DNA of 53,170 nt from an uncultured Bacteroidota bacterium. GTDB lineage: Bacteria > Bacteroidota > Bacteroidia > Chitinophagales > Saprospiraceae. The number at the start of each line of letters is the position of its first letter. Position 1 is the first letter of the stretch. The position numbers and the translations under genes were made by a program. This document shows positions 1 through 10,847 of this stretch, one piece after another. The stretch covers positions 1-53,170 of the forward strand of contig CALEIL010000072.1 of the NCBI GenBank assembly GCA_937876435.1. Reading direction: 5' to 3'. The notes under the pieces were generated by a model. It saw nothing but the letters and a program-made list of their open reading frames with translations, made no database searches and was not told the origin of the DNA.

Positions 1-115
1 TTCTTATTACACCATCCTCCACCAACACACTCCCGCCAGGTATCTCCCGGTGGGAAGTCAATACGGTACCCCCGTGAATAAGGAAAGTTGTATAATCCAT
101 TAAACTAATTTTATT

Positions 116-865
116 CTATGAGTTAACTTTCTCAGCGTAAAGCTTTGCAGAAGCTTCGTCCAGGAAAACGTGACATTTTTCATGGTTCTGCAATATACTG
201 GCAGGAACCAGGGGAGTCACCTCTCCTGTGAGAGACAGTGCTACTGCATTTGCCTTTCGCTCATCGGGAACGCTGCAAATGATCACATCACTGGCCATAA
301 TCTGGTGGACGGACATGGAAATCGCCTGATCAGGAACATCCTGTAAGGTGGGAAACCATCCTTCCCCCATTTGCTGGGCCCGGCAGGCCTCATCCAGATT
401 AACCACTATATAAGGATCCGTCGTTTCAAAATCAGCCGGTGGATCATTAAATGCCAGGTGACCATTTTCACCGATTCCTACAAAAGCCGCATCGATGGGA
501 TGTCGCCCTATCAGGTCATTCAATCGATTGCACTCCTCTTGTGGATCCTTCTCTCCATCGATCAGATGGTAAGCTTTCAGGTCCGGGACACGCGCCAGAA
601 ATCGATCCTTGAGATACCTCCTGAAACTGGCTTTATGCGTGACCGGAAGTCCGATATATTCATCAAGATGAAACATAACGACTTTTGACCAATCGATTTC
701 CTTATCGGCAATGAGCGTATTCATCGTATCAAACTGGCTGGTACCGGTCGCCAGTATGATATTGGCCGCGCCGTGATTGGCAATGGCATCTTTTACGACC
801 TGAGCACCCAATTCTCCCGCTTTCAATCCCATTTCATGAGGATTTTCTGCAATGTTAATTTCCAT
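116..865 (-). CDS. nagB: Glucosamine-6-phosphate deaminase/isomerase family protein
   Basis: Motifs LATGTS, HLDEY and [13 protein letters not shown]; last gene of the 5578->116 operon. Confidence 0.8.
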   Translation of the reverse strand: MEINIAENPHEMGLKAGELGAQVVKDAIANHGAANIILATGTSQFDTMNTLIADKEIDWSKVVMFHLDEYIGLPVTHKASFRRYLKDRFLARVPDLKAYHLIDGEKDPQEECNRLNDLIGRHPIDAAFVGIGENGHLAFNDPPADFETTDPYIVVNLDEACRAQQMGEGWFPTLQDVPDQAISMSVHQIMASDVIICSVPDERKANAVALSLTGEVTPLVPASILQNHEKCHVFLDEASAKLYAEKVNS

Positions 866-893
866 TCTTAAGTATTCTTTGATTATAAAATTT

Positions 894-2246
894 TTAAATA
901 GTAGGTTTCCAGCCCTTCTCGTATTCTCTGGACCACAATTTCATAGCCTTTTTGTTTTTGAGGATATGACCGTTCGTAGGATTTGTATGAAGAGTTTCCT
1001 TCGTTCGAACAGCAATATTGCCCAACTGACACAACAATGTACTGATGTGACCGCTGAGTATATCGGCGTTGAGCGAAGCTCCGGATTTGATTCCGTCAAA
1101 AAAGTTTTGGAAATGCATACCATCCAGGACCTGAGAAGGATTGGCTTTGTTGCGCGGATCTACCTCGACTTCATTTTTCACATCTTTGACCACCTTATTG
1201 TTCAGATCAATGACCTTGTAGGCATTACCGCCCCCTATCATAATGGAACCTTCTTCTCCGTAAAATATAACACCTACGCTGGAACCTTCCACGTGTTTGC
1301 CGTTGCAGCTGCGACCTTCCCAGGTCATCGAGCTGTTGTTCCCAAACTCGTAATTAATCACCTGCGTATCCGGTGTTTCCCAATCATCATCGTACCGGTA
1401 TCGGCCCCCGACAGAATTCACCAGAGTAGGATAGTCGACCTGGAGTCCCCATCGCATGAGATCCACCATATGCGTCCCATTGTTGAGCGCCTCGCCCGTT
1501 CCCCAGTTCCAGAACCAATGCCAGTTGTAATGGACGACGTTGTCCCGGTACGCCTCCCTGGGAGCCGGTCCCTGCCAGAGCTCGTAGTTGAGCCAATCCG
1601 GAACTGCCACCTGCTTACCCGTACCGATCGAATCCCGGTTGTTGGTGTACCATCCTTTGGCAAAATAGACCTTGCCGATTTCTCCGTTGTGAACCGACTG
1701 AATCGCTTCTTTGACATTGGGCCAGGATCTCCGCTGGTTCCCCATCTGGACTACGTTGCCATACTTTTTCTGCACCTCCACCAACCATTCCCCTTCCTGA
1801 GGATTGTGGCTGGCGGGTTTTTCCAGATAGACGTGTTTTCCGGCCTGTGAAGCCATGATGGCAGCCGGGGCATGCCAGTGGTCAGGCGTGGCTATCACCA
1901 TGATATCAAAATCCTTTTTTTCCAAGGCGTTCCGGAAATCGGGGATTCCCTCCGGGTTGGACCCCTGGATTTTTCCGACCGCCTCGATGCACCTGGCCTG
2001 AGCCCTGCTATCGACGTCCGAAATATAAGCCACCTCCGCGTTGGGTTGCAAGGCAAAATTGGTAGCCAGTGCAAGACCGCGGCTGTTCACACCCATCACT
2101 CCTACGCGAAACTTCTCATTGGCTCCGACGATCTTCCGGTAGGATTTTGGCGAAAAGCCAGATAATACCCCGCCAACGGAAAGAGCCGCGGTTCCAGCCA
2201 CGGTATTTTTTATAAATTCTCTTCTTGCGTTTCTATCATTTTTCAT
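894..2246 (-). CDS. Tat-exported Gfo/Idh/MocA NAD(P)-dependent oxidoreductase
   Basis: RREFIK twin-arginine signal; [13 protein letters not shown] and QMGNQRRS motifs. Confidence 0.88.
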   Translation of the reverse strand: MKNDRNARREFIKNTVAGTAALSVGGVLSGFSPKSYRKIVGANEKFRVGVMGVNSRGLALATNFALQPNAEVAYISDVDSRAQARCIEAVGKIQGSNPEGIPDFRNALEKKDFDIMVIATPDHWHAPAAIMASQAGKHVYLEKPASHNPQEGEWLVEVQKKYGNVVQMGNQRRSWPNVKEAIQSVHNGEIGKVYFAKGWYTNNRDSIGTGKQVAVPDWLNYELWQGPAPREAYRDNVVHYNWHWFWNWGTGEALNNGTHMVDLMRWGLQVDYPTLVNSVGGRYRYDDDWETPDTQVINYEFGNNSSMTWEGRSCNGKHVEGSSVGVIFYGEEGSIMIGGGNAYKVIDLNNKVVKDVKNEVEVDPRNKANPSQVLDGMHFQNFFDGIKSGASLNADILSGHISTLLCQLGNIAVRTKETLHTNPTNGHILKNKKAMKLWSREYEKGWKPTI

Positions 2247-2297
2247 AACGAAAATTTTAAAAAATTAAACATAAGTATATTTCTTCAATTTCCCTGA

Positions 2298-3737
2298 TTA
2301 TCCAGGGATGGCGATTTGGGTCGATACACCATTTTTAAGGGCGATATCAACCGGCGTGTTTTTCTTCCACGACCCTCCGGTAAAGTCGGGTACATCGATG
2401 GGCGAAGAGCGGTTTTCGGTAGACCATTCGCTCAGTGGGAAAATAGAGCTCCACAGGGCGGCATCATAGACATCGTGATCCATCGGCAATCCATTGCGCA
2501 GGCAATCGATCAGGCGCCAGTCCATCAAAAAATCCATCCCGCCATGACCGCCGGCTTTTCGCGCTGCATCGCCCAGGAGGGTGACCATTTCGGGCGTATA
2601 TTTTGCTTCTACCTCTTTCATCTCCTCTTCGGTAAACCACGCTTTGTGGCCAGTGGCGATCTTTCCAGGCAAGGGCCATTTTTGGGCGATCCCCTTGGTG
2701 CCGCTTACCAGGTGAATCCTGGAGTAGGGACGGGGTGAGGTAGTATCATGCTGGATCATAATGGTTTTGCCATGATGCGTCTTCACGACTGAGGTATTCA
2801 TATTACCCCGGAAGGTCTGACCCGCGAATTCGGCGTAGAAATCATCCTCTCTGGCCAGGGAATCGGCCATTTTGCCCATCATAAAATCGGAGGTAGAGGT
2901 CGAGGTCAGGTAGTCCATTTTATCCCCCCGGTTAATGTTCATGATCTGACATACCGGTCCCAATCCATGGGTGGGGTACAGGTTGCCGTTTCGGCTCATA
3001 TTCTGCCGGAGTCTCCAGTTATTGTAATTTTTGCTTTTGGAAAATCCACCTTCCAATATATCGTGTATGTAGGCGCCCTCCCCGTGCATGATTTCACCGA
3101 AAAATCCCTGCCGAGCCATGTTCAGCGTCAGCAGTTCAAAGAAATCGTAGCAGCAGTTCTCCAGGATGACGCAGTGTTTTTTTGTTTTTTCGGAGGTTTC
3201 CACCAATTGCCAGCATTCTTCCAGGGAGGTGGCTACCGGCACTTCCGAGGCCGCGTGTTTTCCCTGTTCCATAGCGTATACGGCCATAGGCGTGTGCAGA
3301 TCCCAGGGGGTGGCAATATAAATAAGGTCCAGATCGTCCCGGTCGCACATGTTTTTCCAATCGTCGGGACCATTGGTATATAGTTCCGGCTTATGTTTCG
3401 TTCCGTCGAGTCTTTTGAGTGCTGCCTCAGCTTTTTCGGGTCGAATATCACACAAAGCCTTGATTTCCACCCCATCCAGATAACTCATTCTCTGAACAGC
3501 TCCCGGTCCGCGATTCCCCAGTCCTACGAATCCAATCCGGACAACGGGAATAGGGTCGGCACCGTACCCAGACATGTTAAACTGTTGATTGCGCATCCGT
3601 CCGGCCAGACGGACTACATCGTCCTTGGGTTGGGCTTCACTGGTGGCGGTATTACAACCGGTAAACAAAGACGTTCCAACGACCCCAGCGCCTGCCAGAC
3701 TGGTTAATTTAAGAAAATCCCTCCTTTTGTGCTTCAT
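2298..3737 (-). CDS. GH109 NAD+-dependent alpha-N-acetylgalactosaminidase-type enzyme (Gfo/Idh/MocA fold), Tat lipoprotein
   Basis: KRRDFLK plus lipobox LFTGC; GLGNRG Rossmann motif; LENCCY, YPTH and GGHGG GH109 signature motifs. Confidence 0.88.
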   Translation of the reverse strand: MKHKRRDFLKLTSLAGAGVVGTSLFTGCNTATSEAQPKDDVVRLAGRMRNQQFNMSGYGADPIPVVRIGFVGLGNRGPGAVQRMSYLDGVEIKALCDIRPEKAEAALKRLDGTKHKPELYTNGPDDWKNMCDRDDLDLIYIATPWDLHTPMAVYAMEQGKHAASEVPVATSLEECWQLVETSEKTKKHCVILENCCYDFFELLTLNMARQGFFGEIMHGEGAYIHDILEGGFSKSKNYNNWRLRQNMSRNGNLYPTHGLGPVCQIMNINRGDKMDYLTSTSTSDFMMGKMADSLAREDDFYAEFAGQTFRGNMNTSVVKTHHGKTIMIQHDTTSPRPYSRIHLVSGTKGIAQKWPLPGKIATGHKAWFTEEEMKEVEAKYTPEMVTLLGDAARKAGGHGGMDFLMDWRLIDCLRNGLPMDHDVYDAALWSSIFPLSEWSTENRSSPIDVPDFTGGSWKKNTPVDIALKNGVSTQIAIPG

Positions 3738-3767
3738 GAAAAATGCTTTAGATATTATGCAGATTGA

Positions 3768-4574
3768 TTACAACTTTTTTAAACGGATATTTCGGAACCA
3801 CGCCTCGCTGTCATGGTCCTGCAAGACAATATGTCCTTTTCTTTTGTGGATAAAACCCGGCAGTTCCGCAAACTTACTGTCCTCATAGGCAGATTTCAGT
3901 TCATCTGATCCGAATCTGTAGGACAGTACTTCCCGCCCATTGAGCCAATGAGTCACGGCATTCCCATCGATTCTGAGGCGGCTTTCATTGAACTCACCCG
4001 CGGGTTTCAACAGGATATCGTGAGCAGGCAGCAGATCGTACAAAGAACCTGAAAACTGGGCAGGTTTCAGGTCCGCGTATTCTTTTGAATCATCATCGAT
4101 CATTTGGTATTCAAATCCCAATGCGGAGTGCCTGGAACCTTGCCGCATCGACATTTCTTCGGATACATTGTATTTCAGTCCACTGTTTCCATCTTCCCAC
4201 AATGCCCATTCCCAGGATAACTCGTAATTTTCAAATGATTCCACGGTCATCAAATCTCCTCCCTGAGGTCTTTTGCCGTCAGGACCAGACGGGACGTTTT
4301 CTTTATCGATCTTTTTCAGGATGCCGTTGTCAATTTTCCAGTAGTTGGTAAAAACGGAGTCGCTTCCCAGCGTTCTCCAGCCTTCAAATGTTTTACCATC
4401 CCACAACATCATCCATTCTTCAGCTTCCGGCTCAGAATCCAGGTTTTGATCGGTGGTGGAAGAGGAATTTGAATTACAGGACACAGCGAAAAGCATAACC
4501 ACCGGCAACAGCCCCAGCCGGAATAAAATATGTAAAACCGTATTTTGTCTACTTTTACGAACCAGGGGCGTCAT
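3768..4574 (-). CDS. DUF1080 (3-keto-disaccharide hydrolase/lyase) lipoprotein
   Basis: Lipobox FAVSC; motifs LWDGKTFEGW, GNSGLKY, EYQMID, GHIVLQDH and WFRNI. Confidence 0.88.
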   Translation of the reverse strand: MTPLVRKSRQNTVLHILFRLGLLPVVMLFAVSCNSNSSSTTDQNLDSEPEAEEWMMLWDGKTFEGWRTLGSDSVFTNYWKIDNGILKKIDKENVPSGPDGKRPQGGDLMTVESFENYELSWEWALWEDGNSGLKYNVSEEMSMRQGSRHSALGFEYQMIDDDSKEYADLKPAQFSGSLYDLLPAHDILLKPAGEFNESRLRIDGNAVTHWLNGREVLSYRFGSDELKSAYEDSKFAELPGFIHKRKGHIVLQDHDSEAWFRNIRLKKL

Positions 4575-5578
4575 CGTGCTTTATTTAATACTTTTTCCAA
4601 ACTTACCGCTTTTCCTCCTTTCTTTTTGGATTCATCCGCTGCTGACATAAACGCAAATATTTCAATGGTTTCTTCTGGTGTCACCGGAACTTCTCCCGTC
4701 TCAAAATAATGAATAATATCGATCAACAAGGGCATGTAACCTCGGTAAGGACCGAGATCGATGCTTTTTTTCTCGCCGTAGACGTGTCCGCCGTATCCCA
4801 ACTTGCCGATGCGCTGTCCCCGGAATACTCCGACCTGACCGTCCTCCCATACGCCTGTGATCACATCGCAACCTTCCGTGTGTACCCGGTATACTTCTCT
4901 GCAACCTGTTCCCATGACGGTAAACAAGGCTTCCACACCGTGTATTCCGTACCAATACATATCCGGATGGGTTTTTTCCAGCGAAGCCGGACTCCAGGTA
5001 GTAGCTCCCAGTACTTTACCCAATTCCCCATTCTGAGCAGCTTCGGCTCCGGTGATATACCTCAGGGAAGAAGAAGAAAAGAGAGGGATGCCATACTCCC
5101 GGGAGGCATCATATATTTTCAATGTATCTTCGAGGGAAGCGGCTACCGGCTTGTCGATGAATACTCTTTTTCCCGCTTTCAACACCGGCAATACCTGCTC
5201 CAGGTGCCGACGGCCGTCGTTCGTTTCCAACAGTATTACATCCACTTTCTTCAATAAGGCATCGATGGAATCCACCACTTCGACCCCCATCGCCTCCACG
5301 TCCTTGATATACCCTGGTATCCTCGAAGCGCTCGATTCAATATCGAGACTTCCATGAGGATAAGCCGCCACCACCTTGTACCCGAGTAGATCCGGATTAT
5401 CCTGTTCATTCATCCCTTTGGCAAAGGCGATACTGTGTGAAGTATCCAAACCGATGATTCCAACCCGCTTTCCGGGGGCAGGAGGCAGGGAGGTTTCCCC
5501 CTTCCCGATGTAGGGCATAGCCCCGATGGCTGCTGTGGTCAAACCCATGGTTTTCAGGAATTTGCGACGTTTTTGCAT
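4571..5578 (-). CDS. Tat-exported Gfo/Idh/MocA oxidoreductase (GLDTSH subtype)
   Basis: KRRKFLK; GIIGLDTSH, FIDKP, SSSSLRY and WYGIH motifs; 4-nt overlap with the DUF1080 gene. Confidence 0.85.
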   Translation of the reverse strand: MQKRRKFLKTMGLTTAAIGAMPYIGKGETSLPPAPGKRVGIIGLDTSHSIAFAKGMNEQDNPDLLGYKVVAAYPHGSLDIESSASRIPGYIKDVEAMGVEVVDSIDALLKKVDVILLETNDGRRHLEQVLPVLKAGKRVFIDKPVAASLEDTLKIYDASREYGIPLFSSSSLRYITGAEAAQNGELGKVLGATTWSPASLEKTHPDMYWYGIHGVEALFTVMGTGCREVYRVHTEGCDVITGVWEDGQVGVFRGQRIGKLGYGGHVYGEKKSIDLGPYRGYMPLLIDIIHYFETGEVPVTPEETIEIFAFMSAADESKKKGGKAVSLEKVLNKAR

Positions 5579-5610
5579 GCTAATTCGATTATATAAAAAA
5601 ATATTACAGT

Positions 5611-5624
5611 CGGTAACGTTACCG
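5611..5624. promoter_or_regulatory. LacI/GalR-type palindromic operator CGGTAACGTTACCG (copy 1)
   Basis: Perfect 14-bp palindrome with central CG, 32 nt upstream of the 5578 start; overlaps a -7-like element (minus TAAATTCG); identical copy at 24567. Confidence 0.8.
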
Positions 5625-5718
5625 AATTTACATAAAAAATTTTAATTACAAACAAATATGCCGAAAAAAGTATATTTTTCATTTGGAGCGGTCAGGGAGG
5701 GCCGGAAGCGCCGAATTA

Positions 5719-6507
5719 TCATAAGGATTTTTCGAGTTTTTTCATCTTTTTAGCCATTCGTCTGCCCAGCCGATCCGCCGAAGGAGCGTCAAAATGTACC
5801 CCATCATCTTTGGGTTTGAGTTTATTGGAGGAGGCGACCGCCGTATAAGGGATCGAGTCCGGGATGGTGCTCAATACCCGGTTGATACTGCCATACACCT
5901 CTTTGTACTGTCCGAGCTCCCCTGCTACAAATGGGAGCCGGGGATCACCCACCAGATCGCGTATCCGCTCGATAAGCCGGGATAGATCAGCCGCATAATT
6001 CGCAGCTTTTTCCGGGGCGGTATCGGATTCTCCCTGATGCCATATCACGCCCTTGATCACCCCGGATCTCATCGCCTTACGGATGCGTACCTCGGCGTCA
6101 TTCCAGGGATGCGTATCCGTTCGGTCATCGTAGGCGCCGGGTTTCCAGTGCTGGATCGACGTACCGCCTACCGCGCAGGGGACCAGGCCGATTTTCTGAT
6201 CCAGATGATTTTCTGCCATCTTGATACCAAAGGATAAAGAAGGTCCCACGCCCACTATCGTTGGTTTGTCGAAATGGACCGGATGGTGGGCCACGATCCA
6301 ATTTTGATCCTGATCCATCATGAGCAGCCGGGGATGTCCCATCTCCGCATACTTTTCCGTCACCTCTCCCCTACCGGCCATATTGGATTGACCGAGGGCC
6401 AGATAAATATAAAAATTGGAGTCGACCGTAGGGGGTGGAAGAGAGGATTGGGTGTGACCATAAAAGGTGGTCAGCAGGATGATTTCTATAATCAGTAGGT
6501 ACTTCAT
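5719..6507 (-). CDS. SASA-domain/CE6-like carbohydrate O-acetylesterase (SGNH fold)
   Basis: GQSNM nucleophile motif, WHQGESD and DGVH (DxxH); N-terminal signal peptide. Confidence 0.85.
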   Translation of the reverse strand: MKYLLIIEIILLTTFYGHTQSSLPPPTVDSNFYIYLALGQSNMAGRGEVTEKYAEMGHPRLLMMDQDQNWIVAHHPVHFDKPTIVGVGPSLSFGIKMAENHLDQKIGLVPCAVGGTSIQHWKPGAYDDRTDTHPWNDAEVRIRKAMRSGVIKGVIWHQGESDTAPEKAANYAADLSRLIERIRDLVGDPRLPFVAGELGQYKEVYGSINRVLSTIPDSIPYTAVASSNKLKPKDDGVHFDAPSADRLGRRMAKKMKKLEKSL

Positions 6508-6736
6508 GTTATTGAAATATTGGATTTGTCAACAAGATAATCCGAATCCGAACACATTTTATAAATAAGCCTGAAAAAAGCGATGACTTTTTCGAAGAAA
6601 GTTTCACGGTAGGATAAAGGCACATAATCGATACCGGCTTTATCAAATCCGTTTATGGATCCCTGGATTTCACCGCATTTTTTACTAAATTTGAATTTTC
6701 GGTCCTTCAAGGTAACCGCAACCAAACCAGATCACC

Positions 6737-7474
6737 GTGATAAAAATTCTGGAATATTACTTTGAAAAATGGTGGCGACCGGCTCTGATTTTTGGGGTGT
6801 CCGTTTTGATTTACGCGTTGTGTGTGTGGCTTAATGTTTCTCCTATCGATCAGTACGCGTTTGGTTTGTGCCTGTTGAGCTTTTTTGGTCTCATTTTATC
6901 AGGATTATATCGGTTGGCCATCAAAGAATGGTGGTATGGCATAATCACTATGATTTTCGTAGGGCTTTCGGTTTTTGGCTTTTTCATATATTCTTTCGCG
7001 GTATTTTTCACAAACCAGTACAGTCCGGACCACTACGCGGATCATTTGGTGATCCCACAAAACATCAGGATTCACGAACCTCTCCACCAGGCTCCGGCAT
7101 CCGTTCCTGCAGATCCCGACTTCTTCATTTATAACCACATTCAACCTGGTCAATATCGCTATACATTCTGGACAGAGGAAATCGAAGAAGGAAAAGTGTT
7201 CCTGAAAGCTTTTGAGGTAACGAACGATGATCCCCTTTCACCAGTCAGGGTAAAAGATCGAACAACCCTGCCCGTTTTCAATCCCTCCGGCAGCTTGGTT
7301 CGTTTTCCATCAGATCAGCATACTCAGAACAACGAAGCTCATTTTACTATATATGAAGGCGACTGGGGCAAACCCTATGCGGCCAGATTTGAGTTGTGGT
7401 TTGTCCCCGAGAGGAGTGGCATAGGGCGAAAACTGGCCGAGAAAATATATAAAATTGAGGGATGGCAGCCGTGA
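6737..7474 (+). CDS. Hypothetical membrane protein (three N-terminal TM helices plus soluble domain)
   Basis: 245-aa ORF with hydrophobic N-terminus; C-terminal FTIYEGDWGKPYAARFELWF; no function recognised. Confidence 0.7.
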   Translation: MIKILEYYFEKWWRPALIFGVSVLIYALCVWLNVSPIDQYAFGLCLLSFFGLILSGLYRLAIKEWWYGIITMIFVGLSVFGFFIYSFAVFFTNQYSPDHYADHLVIPQNIRIHEPLHQAPASVPADPDFFIYNHIQPGQYRYTFWTEEIEEGKVFLKAFEVTNDDPLSPVRVKDRTTLPVFNPSGSLVRFPSDQHTQNNEAHFTIYEGDWGKPYAARFELWFVPERSGIGRKLAEKIYKIEGWQP

Positions 7475-7753
7475 TAATTGCCTGGTCACAAAGGTATCTG
7501 GATCTTAATTATGATCGTAAATTCGTTGAGAGGTGTAGAAGATGAAAGATTGACCACTTGACTAAAGGATACCTCAACAGAGATTAGCTATAAGTCTTTT
7601 TGGGGATCGGGTTCATCAAGGTTAGTACCTTATGTATTAGGAAATTATGAAATGGAACGCTATTTTTCCGAAATGGAAGAAATCAGTCATCTGATGTTGT
7701 TGATATGCACCAGGCACCAGATATAAATTATCCGGAATATAAAAAGTAATTCT

Positions 7754-8302
7754 ATGATTTACGCGGCCTTTTTGAGGGGAATAAACGGGGGTGGGAAGAA
7801 TAAGGTGGAAATGAAAAAACTTAAAGCTACTTTTGAATCGCTGGGATTTGACAAGGTGGCGACTTATATCAACTCAGGGAATATCGTTTTTGATGCCGGC
7901 TCAATCCCGCCCGACCAACTGGTTGGATCCATTGAACAAGGAATCCAAAAAAAATTCCAATTGGACTTAAAAGTCCTGGTGAGCAGTTTTCCGGAGATGG
8001 ACAATATTCTCAATCACCTACCACCCACCTGGGTGAAAAACAAGGAAATGAGAACCGATGTGATGTTTTTGTGGGATGAAATTGACTCCCCGGATATCGT
8101 GCAACAGATCAGGATCAACGCAGTGGATACCGTCAAATACGTACCCGGAGCGCTACTGTGGAATGTGATAGGTGCAAATTATAGCAAAAGCGGGATTATG
8201 GCGCTAATGGGGACGGCCTTGTACCGACAAATGACGATCAGGAATGCCAATACCTTCCGCAAAGTTCACCAGATGATGACTGATATAGGATATAATGAAT
8301 GA
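7754..8302 (+). CDS. DUF1697 family protein
   Basis: N-terminal YAAFLRGINxGG, TYINSGNIVF and C-terminal TIRNxNT signatures. Confidence 0.88.
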   Translation: MIYAAFLRGINGGGKNKVEMKKLKATFESLGFDKVATYINSGNIVFDAGSIPPDQLVGSIEQGIQKKFQLDLKVLVSSFPEMDNILNHLPPTWVKNKEMRTDVMFLWDEIDSPDIVQQIRINAVDTVKYVPGALLWNVIGANYSKSGIMALMGTALYRQMTIRNANTFRKVHQMMTDIGYNE

Positions 8303-8469
8303 CACCTGTGGAACCGAATCTGAGGTCTGTCGACGATCCTATCACCGCAATAAGTAAAGAAATTACTTTGGGGGACGGCCGTTGAACCTGAGGCTTTACC
8401 ATCCAACCGGATCTCCTCTTAGCCTTTTAGGGCGAAAAATACATGCCCGCATAATAATGAGGTGCTGCC

Positions 8470-9318
8470 TTATTTTATATTCACCCAGGGCATTTTCTCA
8501 TTCATAAAACGGAGCACACCCACGGGCACATCGGAACAGAGGTAATCGCTGCCCAGATAAATTCCAAGCAAAAAGTCCTCTACCGAATGGCCCGGCCACA
8601 GACTAACCTGGATACCAGCTTCATGAGCAGCCTCCACCATTTTCCGGCTCGTTCCGCCTATGTTACAACCCACTCTGTTGAGTCCCAACTCCAGCGTTTC
8701 CTGCACTACCTCGTTGGTGAGCGGTCTCGAGGTGATGAACAACATATCCGCATCGGAATAAGTGGTTTTGAGGTATCGCAGTGGGCGTTTGTCAAACGAG
8801 GTAAAAAGGTACGTGGAACTTTCAGGTTTACGCATCGCGGCAGCTTCGTACAACCTATCGCAGTATTTCTCCAACAGTGGCTGGGGATAGGTTTCTGGAC
8901 TGGTTTTCATCTCCAATTCCAGGTAAACACCCGGCTTGTCTTCCAAAAACACCAGGAAATCATCCAGAAAAAGAAGTGGATTGCCTTTTTTAGTCTTTAT
9001 CTTCCGCAATTCCGACGAAGTCATTTCTTCAATACTTCCCTGATGTCCGGTTATGCGATCCAGGGAGCCATCATGAAACAGAATCAGTTCACCGTCCCGT
9101 GTCATCCTGACGTCGGTCTCAAATCCCCGGATTCCCTGGTCATAGCTGTTCTGGAAGGCCTGTAGCGTATTCTCATCTTGTTCGTGGGCCCCACCCCGGT
9201 GCGCAAAAAGCTGTACGGCCTGTTTCTGCGCATAAACTTGCTCTATGGAAAAGAATGCAACAACGATCAACATTATGACCATATAATGGGGCAACAACCT
9301 TCGAGATTTAAAAATCAT
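8470..9318 (-). CDS. Glycerophosphodiester phosphodiesterase (GDPD) family protein, secreted
   Basis: AHRG, ENTL, ETDVRMTRDG, HD and LELEMK motifs; signal peptide. Confidence 0.88.
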   Translation of the reverse strand: MIFKSRRLLPHYMVIMLIVVAFFSIEQVYAQKQAVQLFAHRGGAHEQDENTLQAFQNSYDQGIRGFETDVRMTRDGELILFHDGSLDRITGHQGSIEEMTSSELRKIKTKKGNPLLFLDDFLVFLEDKPGVYLELEMKTSPETYPQPLLEKYCDRLYEAAAMRKPESSTYLFTSFDKRPLRYLKTTYSDADMLFITSRPLTNEVVQETLELGLNRVGCNIGGTSRKMVEAAHEAGIQVSLWPGHSVEDFLLGIYLGSDYLCSDVPVGVLRFMNEKMPWVNIK

Positions 9319-9470
9319 TCTATCGTGTTTTATTGGAGTGAATATAAGGAGATTTACAAAAATGGGAATGGATTCCTTTCACCTCCATCATCATGATTCC
9401 ATTATACGGCAATTTAATGGTTGCTGATTTTGAAGCACACGCAAACATATACAACGGCAACCCGCTGGGA

Positions 9471-9492
9471 TGTTGGAGCCCCAGCTCCGACA
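9471..9492. repeat. Intergenic stem-loop TGTTGGAGC-CCCA-GCTCCGACA (REP-like)
   Basis: 9-bp inverted repeat (one G-U pair) between divergent genes; no following U-tract. Confidence 0.4.
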
Positions 9493-9644
9493 AAAAATAT
9501 GTCTATCTAGTGTATAATGCCCGTGAAATTAAGTAAAATGTTCTGGCAGAAATTCATTTTGACAGTTGTGGTACTACAATAAGACAGACTGGATCGTTTA
9601 AATTAAGATACTATAATTTAACTCGGAACTCATTGTAATCTTTG

Positions 9645-10808
9645 ATGCACCACCCTACCACAATATTTTTCCTTTGGTTGGCAATTATCCTGCAAACCGG
9701 TTGTGATAAACCTTTACTTTCAGAGGGAGATTACACCACTATCTATATGGATTCTCTTCAGGAAGGAAGCTCCCATTCAGATTTATTTGATTACAGTTAC
9801 GTAGTGCTTCATGGGCTCCCGGAAGGAGAAGCAATCTTCTATTTTGCCAAAATCTTAAAATTTGAGGGAGGATTCATTTGCTGGGAAGAACGAAACCAAT
9901 CCATATACTTCTACAACAATGATGGCCTGTACCTCCACCACATCGATGCAGTGGGCGCCGGACCAGCGGAATACGGTGATATAGGGGATATCTGCTACGA
10001 TCCAGACACAGAAACACTCATCGTTTTGGATATGAACCACTCCATGATATCTTATGATCTTGAAGGAAATGGTCTATCGGAAGTCCTTCTACCACAAAAA
10101 GCCTCTGATGTGACCATGGATCATAATGGTAAATTCACTTTTGTTTCTTACCTGCGAGACAGTTGTACTATTTGGAAATCCGGAGCAAACCTGAATATGG
10201 AATGCGTGGATATGGGGGATAACATCATTGGTCCATATTACAGCCAATCCGATTTCAAAATTGCCCCGGGTATCGAGGGACCGGACTTGTTGGTTACCTT
10301 TCCTTTGTCTGAGTATATTTATGCGATTCATGACCATCGCTTACAAAAGAAGTATCGCATAGATTACGGGGAAAGAAAGGTTTGGAGTTCGGATTTTGTC
10401 TCTGATATGTCGGTCATCCAGCAGGTGGATTACTTCAATGCGCACAACGATTTCATTCAATATTCCGGTACGATATTCACCACTCAAAGCTGGCTTTTCT
10501 TTTATCAAATTAACAAGTACTACGTCAGACAAAAAAAAGCCATCGAAGGTTATCACCCTTCCGAATACATTTTTTATCATCCGGGTAAAGGAACTTTTTC
10601 CATCAATACACTCGTAGATGACAGAAATTTTAAATTCGATTGGCGAATTCGCGGATCTTTTGGCGAAACCATAATCCACCATATGTACTTTTCCGATCGG
10701 GAACGAGTGGTGGAAGAGCATATTGACCTGAAAACCTCTACGGGAGAAAGCGTCCTGGATCTCATGGATACCACGGCAGAAATATTGGTCCTGATGACCA
10801 TGAAGTAA
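9645..10808 (+). CDS. 6-bladed beta-propeller lipoprotein
   Basis: Lipobox LQTGC; GAGPAEY (GxGPxEY) motif typical of Bacteroidota 6-bladed propeller lipoproteins. Confidence 0.75.
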   Translation: MHHPTTIFFLWLAIILQTGCDKPLLSEGDYTTIYMDSLQEGSSHSDLFDYSYVVLHGLPEGEAIFYFAKILKFEGGFICWEERNQSIYFYNNDGLYLHHIDAVGAGPAEYGDIGDICYDPDTETLIVLDMNHSMISYDLEGNGLSEVLLPQKASDVTMDHNGKFTFVSYLRDSCTIWKSGANLNMECVDMGDNIIGPYYSQSDFKIAPGIEGPDLLVTFPLSEYIYAIHDHRLQKKYRIDYGERKVWSSDFVSDMSVIQQVDYFNAHNDFIQYSGTIFTTQSWLFFYQINKYYVRQKKAIEGYHPSEYIFYHPGKGTFSINTLVDDRNFKFDWRIRGSFGETIIHHMYFSDRERVVEEHIDLKTSTGESVLDLMDTTAEILVLMTMK

Positions 10809-10847
10809 GCGTCAAAGTAAATCCCGGGAAGCCCGATGATCCAATTC

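Noticed and set aside
852..1850. 332-aa antisense ORF (similar cases at 20142, 25589 and 42003)
   Set aside because: Almost entirely overlaps well-supported minus-strand genes; no domain features.
7500..7750. Possible gene remnant between the membrane protein and DUF1697
   Set aside because: Short open frames exist but no family could be recognised.
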